A DNA stretch of 14,057 nt, taken from assembly GCA_964247135.1 (NCBI GenBank), contig CAXTTL010000126.1, positions 1 to 14,057 on the forward strand. The letters run 5' to 3'. This document shows positions 6,724-12,749 of this stretch, one piece after another. Every line of letters begins with the position of its first letter. The first letter of the stretch is position 1. A program made the translations under genes and the position numbers. This DNA comes from an uncultured Deinococcales bacterium. Its GTDB lineage: Bacteria > Deinococcota > Deinococci > Deinococcales > JAAFIG01. The notes below the pieces were generated by a model, which did no database searches, was not told the origin of the DNA, and saw nothing but the letters and a program-made list of their open reading frames with translations.

Positions 6724-8618
6724 AGAACCTTGTGAATTGCGTTGCGACTGCCCTTATTGCAGCCTTGTCCTTGGCATCGTGTACGCAAAGCAGTCCTGAA
6801 CCACAACCCAACCACGTTCTAGGGCTGATGCGGGTCAATTTTCAAGTTGAGGGCATCGCCAGTTCAAATGCCAAACCCCAACCAAAAATCCTGACAGGCA
6901 CAGCCAGTGGCATCCAAATGAAGCTGGTCAACTCCAGCACCTTCACCACTGGCACTCGAGGCGCAGGCGGTGAGCGCTGGGTCAGTGCGACTTACGATAT
7001 TCGCAACGCAACCACCCTCGGCACAGCGTATACCACTGCCAACAGCAACATCAGTTTCTTGGCGGTCAGTACCCCAACGGGTCTTGGCGAAAGTGCCATT
7101 GCCGATATGAGAAGTTACGGCGGCACCCTGTTGACGACACCAACTCTGGCGCAATCGTTCAAGCCAACGCACGGAATGCGCTACAACCCTTTAACCAACA
7201 CCACCGAAACCAGTCCGGGCGCAGAAGATTTTCAAGTCTTTGACGAATCTGAAGTCTCGAGCTTTGCGACGGCTGGTGTTGTCCCAATCAATTATGGTTT
7301 TGTGGTGCGGCGCACCAGTCTAAACCCGATCAATCGCAGCTTGGCGGCGAACCCAGGCGTTAATCAATTCGATGGGCGTGTGACTTTCGCCGTGCGTTTC
7401 CCACTGCAAACCACAATAACTGACGACCCATTTACGTTTTCGATGGACTTTCTGGTGGTCACCGACGATCAAACCAGGGTCACCCAAAGCCTCGAGCAAC
7501 AAGCCCTCAACAGTGTTCCAAGTCAAACATCGCAATTGACGGGTGCTGTGGTCAATATTATGCCTGGCTCGGCTTATCTTGCCACGCCCAACCGTTTTAT
7601 TCCGAGTGTACGCTTGGCACGGGCTGCGGCGGCGGTCAACGCCATTTATTTGGTTCAAGCACCAACCACATTGACGGTCACAAGCAACGCCGACAGTGGA
7701 GCGGGTACATTACGCAATGCCATTCAAGCCATTGCCTCAGGTGGCACAATAGATCTAAAAGGCATCAACAATCAGAACATCACACTGTTAAGCACCCTGG
7801 ACATCAGTAAAAGCCTGACCATCACCAATTCCAATGCTGCGCCCAATGTGGCGGTGTTGGGTGGGGCAACCGCCTTTAATGCCAGCAATGTGCGCGTTTT
7901 GAACCTTCAGAGCGGCAATTCTGCCACGTTGAGCAACTTCACCATAGGCAATGGTTATGCCTCTGGCAGTTCTGCCCAAGGTGCCGCGATTCTGAATGCC
8001 GGCACACTGACCTTAAGCAACATGAAAGTCCAAAACAATCAAGCCCAAGGTGATGCTGGTGGTAATGGCACCCCTGGTTTTAGCGGGTCTCAAGATGGTG
8101 GCGGCGGTGGTACGGCTCAGGGCGGCGCAATCTACAATGCTGGCGCACTCACCATCAACTCGAGCAGCGTCTTTAGTGGCAACAAGGCAAGCGGTGGTGT
8201 CGGTGGTTCGGGCGCTGCCGGGTCTTTGACAAATGGTTTTCCCAATGGTTTTGGTGGACTGGGCGGAACTGCACAAGGCGGTGCGATTTTTAACGCGAAC
8301 TCAGCGACATTGAGCATCAACACTGTCACGTTCACCACCAACAATGCCACGGGTGGACAAGGCGGAGTACCAGGTACGGCAATAGGTGGTTCAGGTCAAA
8401 CTACTTTTGGCAAAGGTGGTTCTGGTGGCAGCGCAAACGGAGGCGCGGCATTCAACGCCAACGCGACCCTCGGTGCCGCCACAGCCTTAGCGGTCACGTA
8501 TGGAACGGCTGCCAATGCCAACAGCGTTACCTTTGGAAATGGGGTACAAGGTGGTACTCCTCTTGGCACAAACAATGGGTCAAATGGCACTGCCAGCAAT
8601 CCAAATGCCAATTTCTAA
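6720..8618 (+). CDS. Surface lipoprotein: N-terminal beta-rich domain plus C-terminal Gly/Asn-rich beta-helix (Pmp/CSLREA-like) repeats
   Basis: Lipobox LAS-C21. VTSNADSGAGTLRNAI resembles a beta-helix N-cap. Repeats GAAILN, GGAIYN, GGAIFN and GGAAFN are interspersed with GGxGG runs. Confidence 0.8.
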   Translation: MKNLVNCVATALIAALSLASCTQSSPEPQPNHVLGLMRVNFQVEGIASSNAKPQPKILTGTASGIQMKLVNSSTFTTGTRGAGGERWVSATYDIRNATTLGTAYTTANSNISFLAVSTPTGLGESAIADMRSYGGTLLTTPTLAQSFKPTHGMRYNPLTNTTETSPGAEDFQVFDESEVSSFATAGVVPINYGFVVRRTSLNPINRSLAANPGVNQFDGRVTFAVRFPLQTTITDDPFTFSMDFLVVTDDQTRVTQSLEQQALNSVPSQTSQLTGAVVNIMPGSAYLATPNRFIPSVRLARAAAAVNAIYLVQAPTTLTVTSNADSGAGTLRNAIQAIASGGTIDLKGINNQNITLLSTLDISKSLTITNSNAAPNVAVLGGATAFNASNVRVLNLQSGNSATLSNFTIGNGYASGSSAQGAAILNAGTLTLSNMKVQNNQAQGDAGGNGTPGFSGSQDGGGGGTAQGGAIYNAGALTINSSSVFSGNKASGGVGGSGAAGSLTNGFPNGFGGLGGTAQGGAIFNANSATLSINTVTFTTNNATGGQGGVPGTAIGGSGQTTFGKGGSGGSANGGAAFNANATLGAATALAVTYGTAANANSVTFGNGVQGGTPLGTNNGSNGTASNPNANF

Positions 8619-8623
8619 GTTGA

Positions 8624-8646
8624 AGTGTATGACACAGTGTATGACA
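8624..8646. repeat. Perfect 11-bp direct repeat AGTGTATGACA x2 (period 12)
   Basis: AGTGTATGACA at 8624-8634 and 8636-8646, in the intergenic region just after the lipoprotein stop. Confidence 0.75.
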
Positions 8647-8768
8647 TAAGGTGCCTTGGTTTTATTGACGCAGACTCGAGCGAGCAATTGAAGGTCAGGT
8701 TCAATTCTTGCCGGTTTGTTGGCGCTTAAAATAGTGACCGTCAACAAATTCAACAAACGAGGTACATC

Positions 8769-9281
8769 ATGAAAATCTCGAGCGTCCTGTTAAGCATTGT
8801 CATGATCCTGGGTTTTTCTGCCCGAGCCGCAGTCCCAAAAGCCTTTGATGCGTTCGCTGGAAAATGGACTGGCAAACTCGAGTATCAAGACTATCAAGGC
8901 ACTGGACGGGTCAGCATTCCTGTGAAGCTCGAGGTTAAACCCAGCAACGAGACGACGGCGATCTGGGATTTTGTCTACGACGATTTTGGTAAGCCCGTGC
9001 CGAGTTTTGAAACGCACGCTTGGAATGGCAGCACATACACGGTCACGACCAAAGGAAAACCCGAGGTGTTGACGTACAGCAGCCAAGACTTTGCGAAACT
9101 TTTGACCGCAAAAATTGGAAAAGCAGTCTTGACTGGCTTCGAGATCGAATTGGGTGCAAAGGTTGAGGTGCGCCGTACCATCACGCTCGAGCCTCAGAAA
9201 ATGGTGACGTTGAAAGAAACCCGTCTGAAAGGTGAAAAATTTCAATTCCGCAACCAAAGTACCTACAGCCGTCAACCCTGA
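8769..9281 (+). CDS. Secreted hypothetical protein (predicted beta-rich fold)
   Basis: RBS GAGG and Sec signal MKISSVLLSIVMILGFSARA. FAGKWTGKLEYQDY and alternating beta-strand patterns suggest a calycin-like barrel (inference). Confidence 0.75.
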   Translation: MKISSVLLSIVMILGFSARAAVPKAFDAFAGKWTGKLEYQDYQGTGRVSIPVKLEVKPSNETTAIWDFVYDDFGKPVPSFETHAWNGSTYTVTTKGKPEVLTYSSQDFAKLLTAKIGKAVLTGFEIELGAKVEVRRTITLEPQKMVTLKETRLKGEKFQFRNQSTYSRQP

Positions 9282-9289
9282 GCGGTTTT

Positions 9290-9328
9290 TGTGACCGTGC
9301 TGTGACCGAGTACCCTCGAGAATAAGCT
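9290..9328 (+). promoter_or_regulatory. Direct-repeat activator site (TGTGACCG x2, period 11) overlapping the -35 position of a TAAGCT -10
   Basis: TGTGACCG at 9290-9297 and 9301-9308, TAAGCT at 9323-9328, and RBS GGGGAGG at 9338-9344. Confidence 0.5.
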
Positions 9329-9350
9329 ATTACGCTCGGGGAGGAAAGTG

Positions 9351-11201
9351 ATGCCCAAAGACCGAATGCGACAATGGCAAAAACCAGAGAATTTTGAGAC
9401 TCAAGCTTTTGAATTTATCAGCCAACAACCCGAACGCCAAGGTCAAGCCCTGGCACCCGAAACAAGATCGCAACTCGAGCCTGGATTTGGGCATTCGTTT
9501 GCCGATGTGCGGGTGTTCAGCGATTTGGAATCAAACCGTCAAGCCCAAGGTCTTGAGGCTCGAGCGTTCACGGTGGGGCAGGGCATTCACTTTGCCGCAA
9601 ATGAGTACGCGCCTCAAACTCGAGATGGGCAAGCACTGTTGGCGCATGAGCTTTCGCACGTGGTACAGAACAAGAACGATTCTGGTGCCCAAGCCAAAAC
9701 TGGGGTCAGCCAAGGGCATGATGCTTCAGAACTTGAGGCTTCTCGAGCCTCCGAGCAGGTGTTGGCTGGGCAGACCGCGCAGATTCAAAGCGTTCCTGGC
9801 GCGGCAATTCAACGCTTTGGCAGTCTCGAGCATATGCTGCTCGGCGAGATGGGTTCAGGCGGCAAACAATCGGATATCAATTACGGTACAGATGACCATC
9901 CCGAATTTTTGTCGTATGGGGAGATGGTGGCACTGGCAGGCGATCATTTCAAATCAATCGAGCAAATGCGAGGCTTGACCACAACCCAGGCAGGTCGAGA
10001 TGAAATTCGTTACGCCCGTTGGAAATCGATGGGCAAAGACATGGGTTTGCCAAAACCCAAAGTTGACCCAGAGATCGAAAAAAAAGTGGAAAACGATTAC
10101 TTAACCCTTGCTGCCGATAACTTTAGCCATTTTAGCGCGGGTGGAACCGCCCGAAATGACTATCAGACCTACCACTTGCAAGCCCTTGGCGAAGCTTTTG
10201 AGGCAGGGAAGCACAATGACCCCAAAAAATTTATGCAAGCCACCACCACCGAAGCTTTCGGAAATCATTACCTGACCGACATGTTTTCGGCGGGGCATGT
10301 CCGAACCGAACGAATCACGATCAAAGGTTGGTACAGGCAGCATTACCCAGATGATATTGCCAAGTTTAAGACCTACTTGGCAGCAACATTGCGGCATTTT
10401 TTAGAAGACGATGTGCGATCCGAAGATTGGGGACGCACCAAGCTGGCAATAGGCAAATCCATGCGTTGGTTGGATGGTGACATCAGAACAGGTGAGGAAA
10501 CCAACACCATGCCCTTTTCAGGTGGAAATAAATTCCCAACCCAAGCCGACCTCGAGCAAAAAATTGAAGAACTTGCAGGTCCGGCTTTAAAAGCATTCTC
10601 GTTGGGAGACATCGTGGCACTTGCCATTCATGACACTGACAATCAAGGCTTAAACGTCACTTCCGAAGCCGACACGAATGGGTCAGATGTCATTGGTGGT
10701 CACTCCTACCGAGCCGTTGGTGATGGGCAACTTTTGCCAGCTTTGACCACCAGTGGTGCGGATGCCGATAAAGGCGCACAAACTCGAGACATGGCACTCG
10801 CAGCGATTCGACAATCTCTTGCCGAACTCGAGCAAGTAAGGGCGGCAGGGGCAAAAGCGGCAGGTTTGAGTATGCCAGACCGGGTGGTTGAATTGCGCGA
10901 AATGGCAATTTCGCAACAACGCGATGGACAAAATCAATTTGGTGCGGAGCGTTTTATTCCCAAAGATGACATCAGCGCGGGCAACACCAAATTTGATTGG
11001 CAATGGGGTTCGTTTAACGATCCAATGTACAACGCGGTCGATATTGCCGTAAAAGGCGAAATCGCCAACCAAATTCTTGATAAAGCCAAAGATCAAAGCG
11101 ATGAGCGTATCAAACGAGCCGTTGAATATCTTGGTTCGCAACTCAACATTTGGGGCATTGCCAATCTTGAATGGGCGCTGAACGAACCTGCCAAGAAGTA
11201 A
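9351..11201 (+). CDS. DUF4157 (eCIS-associated, HExxH) domain protein fused to a zinc phospholipase C-like C-terminal domain
   Basis: LAPETRSQLEPGFGHSFADVRVF..ARAFTVGQGIHF..LLAHELSHVVQ..ELEA is DUF4157. After AAIQR come FGSLEH, SYGEMVALAGDHF, LAADNFSHF, EAFGNHYLTDMFSAGHVR, HDTDNQGL and GDG, resembling the Legionella PlcA/B/C and Pseudomonas PC-PLC metallophospholipase family. Start is ATG 9351 or GTG 9348. Confidence 0.82.
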   Translation: MPKDRMRQWQKPENFETQAFEFISQQPERQGQALAPETRSQLEPGFGHSFADVRVFSDLESNRQAQGLEARAFTVGQGIHFAANEYAPQTRDGQALLAHELSHVVQNKNDSGAQAKTGVSQGHDASELEASRASEQVLAGQTAQIQSVPGAAIQRFGSLEHMLLGEMGSGGKQSDINYGTDDHPEFLSYGEMVALAGDHFKSIEQMRGLTTTQAGRDEIRYARWKSMGKDMGLPKPKVDPEIEKKVENDYLTLAADNFSHFSAGGTARNDYQTYHLQALGEAFEAGKHNDPKKFMQATTTEAFGNHYLTDMFSAGHVRTERITIKGWYRQHYPDDIAKFKTYLAATLRHFLEDDVRSEDWGRTKLAIGKSMRWLDGDIRTGEETNTMPFSGGNKFPTQADLEQKIEELAGPALKAFSLGDIVALAIHDTDNQGLNVTSEADTNGSDVIGGHSYRAVGDGQLLPALTTSGADADKGAQTRDMALAAIRQSLAELEQVRAAGAKAAGLSMPDRVVELREMAISQQRDGQNQFGAERFIPKDDISAGNTKFDWQWGSFNDPMYNAVDIAVKGEIANQILDKAKDQSDERIKRAVEYLGSQLNIWGIANLEWALNEPAKK

Positions 11202-11224
11202 TACGTTTACTTGAAAACCAGACA

Positions 11225-11268
11225 AGCATTTCAGATGGCTTGATTTTCTGGCGCTTCCCTGAAATGCT
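11225..11268. repeat. Perfect 10-bp inverted repeat AGCATTTCAG...CTGAAATGCT with 24-nt spacer
   Basis: Arms at 11225-11234 and 11259-11268. The left-arm sequence recurs intergenically at 1552-1561. Confidence 0.6.
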
Positions 11269-11298
11269 AAGACCCGAGGCGAAAGCTTCGGGTCTTTT
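11269..11298 (+). terminator. Probable intrinsic terminator after the DUF4157-PLC gene
   Basis: AAGACCCGAGGC-GAAA-GCTTCGGGTCTT forms a 12-bp stem (one G-U) with a GNRA loop, ending in a short T run. Confidence 0.7.
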
Positions 11299-11333
11299 GC
11301 ATAAATTAACCTAAACCTGTATAAATATAAACG
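11296..11333 (+). promoter_or_regulatory. Tandem ARG-box-like (ArgR) operator upstream of carA
   Basis: 18-mers tttgcataaattaaccta (11296-11313) and cctgtataaatataaacg (11316-11333) are 2 bp apart and resemble TGnATnnnnATnCA boxes. The second matches better than the first. Confidence 0.55.
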
Positions 11334-11372
11334 CTCGAGCGCAACTCGAGTTCTTTTGATGGAGGAACACCC

Positions 11373-12557
11373 GTGTTGAAACGAGAACGTGCTGTGCTGG
11401 CGCTGGAAGATGGAACAGTTTACCGTGGTTATGCCTTCGGTCATCGCGGCGAAACCGTTGGCGAGGTGGTGTTCAACACATCCATGACCGGTTATCAAGA
11501 AATCATGACCGACCCGAGTTACAACGGTCAGATCGTTTGCATGACCTACCCGCACATTGGCAATTACGGCATTACTGTTTACGACATGGAATCCAACAAA
11601 CCGTATGTGCGCGGTTTTATTGCCAGGGAATTCTCGAGCCATTACAGCAATTACCGTGCCACCGACGGCATGGATTCGTTCACCGAAGACCACGGCGTGG
11701 TCAGCATTGCGGGCATCGACACGCGGTCCTTGGTGCGGCGCTTGCGGGTGGGCGGCGTGGTCAAGGGCGTGATCGCGCACCGCAGTTTCACGCACCCTGA
11801 AGACCCGTTTGGTGAGTTTACCCCAGATGAGGAGGCAGGGCTGGTCTCTCGAGCCAAAAACCATGACGACATCGACGGGCGCGACATGACGCCCGAAGTC
11901 ACCACCGAATTGCCGTATGCCTATCCAGTGCTGGTCGAGGGCAAACGCATTGTGCTGCTGGATTTCGGCATCAAGCACACGATCATCAAAAAACTGGCTG
12001 GCGTCGGTGCAGAACCGATTGTCGTGCCTGCCAGCACCACGCCCGCCCAGATTATGGCGCTCCAACCGCATGGACTTTTTCTCTCCAACGGTCCTGGCGA
12101 CCCGAGTGCGCCCGTATACGCGCACGACACCGCCTGGAAATTGCTGGGCTTGATGCCAACCTTTGGGATTTGCCTCGGGCATCAAATTCTGGGGCTGGCG
12201 GTCGGCGGCAAGACCTTCAAAATGAAATTTGGGCATCGTGGCGGCAACCAACCCGTCAAAAACCTTTTGACGGGCAAGGTCGAAATCACGGCGCAAAACC
12301 ACGGCTATGCGGTGGACATCGACAGCATCCCGAATGGGCAATTCAAGGTCACGCACGTCAACCTCAACGATGGCACGCTCGAGGGGATGGCGCACGTGAG
12401 ATACCCAGTCTTTAGCGTTCAGTACCACCCAGAAGCCAGCCCAGGACCGCACGACAGCAATTATCTGTTCACGCGGTTTATCGACGAAGTCAACGCCTTC
12501 GCGGGTGCGAACGGCGTGCCGACCGAGAAAAGCTCGAGCGGTTTGCTGGGCGTTTAA
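11373..12557 (+). CDS. carA: Carbamoyl-phosphate synthase small (glutaminase) subunit
   Basis: Motifs [48 protein letters not shown] (catalytic Cys), QNHGYAVD and [23 protein letters not shown] at 11361-11366. Confidence 0.98.
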   Translation: MLKRERAVLALEDGTVYRGYAFGHRGETVGEVVFNTSMTGYQEIMTDPSYNGQIVCMTYPHIGNYGITVYDMESNKPYVRGFIAREFSSHYSNYRATDGMDSFTEDHGVVSIAGIDTRSLVRRLRVGGVVKGVIAHRSFTHPEDPFGEFTPDEEAGLVSRAKNHDDIDGRDMTPEVTTELPYAYPVLVEGKRIVLLDFGIKHTIIKKLAGVGAEPIVVPASTTPAQIMALQPHGLFLSNGPGDPSAPVYAHDTAWKLLGLMPTFGICLGHQILGLAVGGKTFKMKFGHRGGNQPVKNLLTGKVEITAQNHGYAVDIDSIPNGQFKVTHVNLNDGTLEGMAHVRYPVFSVQYHPEASPGPHDSNYLFTRFIDEVNAFAGANGVPTEKSSSGLLGV

Positions 12558-12610
12558 AGTTCCTTTGTTTCTCGAGTGGTAGAGCGCGTCAAGCTTATTA
12601 TGGTAAACTG

Positions 12611-12673
12611 GTAGGGTGCGCCCCGCGCACCAAAGCTACGTGAAAGACGGTGGGTGCGCAAGGTACACCCTAC
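12611..12673. repeat. GTAG-family REP doublet (REPIN): two inverted 21-bp REP units
   Basis: GTAGGGTGCGCCCCGCGCACC (+, 12611-12631) and GTAGGGTGTACCTTGCGCACC (-, 12653-12673) are separated by a 21-nt spacer. Each is GTAG followed by an internal palindrome. Confidence 0.8.
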
Positions 12674-12697
12674 CAAAACTACCAAAATGAGTCATTC

Positions 12698-12741
12698 AAT
12701 CTTGTCAGACTTCGTTTGACAAGATTTGGAATTGATAGACT
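12698..12741 (+). promoter_or_regulatory. Inverted repeat AATCTTGTCA-N9-TGACAAGATT followed by extended -10 (TGaTAGACT) of the regulator gene
   Basis: Perfect 10-bp arms at 12698-12707 and 12717-12726. TG at 12733-12734 and TAGACT at 12736-12741 lie 8 nt before ATG 12750, with no RBS. The repeat could be an operator or the carA terminator. Confidence 0.5.
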
Positions 12742-12749
12742 CTTTAAGA

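Noticed and set aside
8790-9275. Other overlapping alternative-frame and antisense ORFs in the track (e.g. 888-1412, 3432-3941, 8790-9275, 9394-9978, 13331-13862)
   Set aside because: Each lies within a better-supported gene and shows no protein-family motifs.
8769-9281. Immunity protein for the DUF4157-PLC toxin
   Set aside because: It lies upstream, is separated by an apparent independent promoter, and has no recognisable immunity motif. This is unsupported, though not excluded.
11202-11372. PyrR attenuator or riboswitch upstream of carA
   Set aside because: No PyrR-binding consensus (ARUCCNGNGAGGYU) is present. The hairpin lies upstream of the likely promoter/ARG boxes and is better explained as the previous gene's terminator.
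10683-12452. 589-aa minus-strand ORF
   Set aside because: It is the antisense shadow of carA and the 3' end of the DUF4157-PLC gene. It crosses a terminator/operator region and has no recognisable motifs.
12601-12690. SRP, 6S or ribozyme-type ncRNA behind a TGgTAAACT promoter-like motif
   Set aside because: It lacks SRP and hammerhead core motifs. The hairpin is fully explained by two inverted GTAG-REP units.
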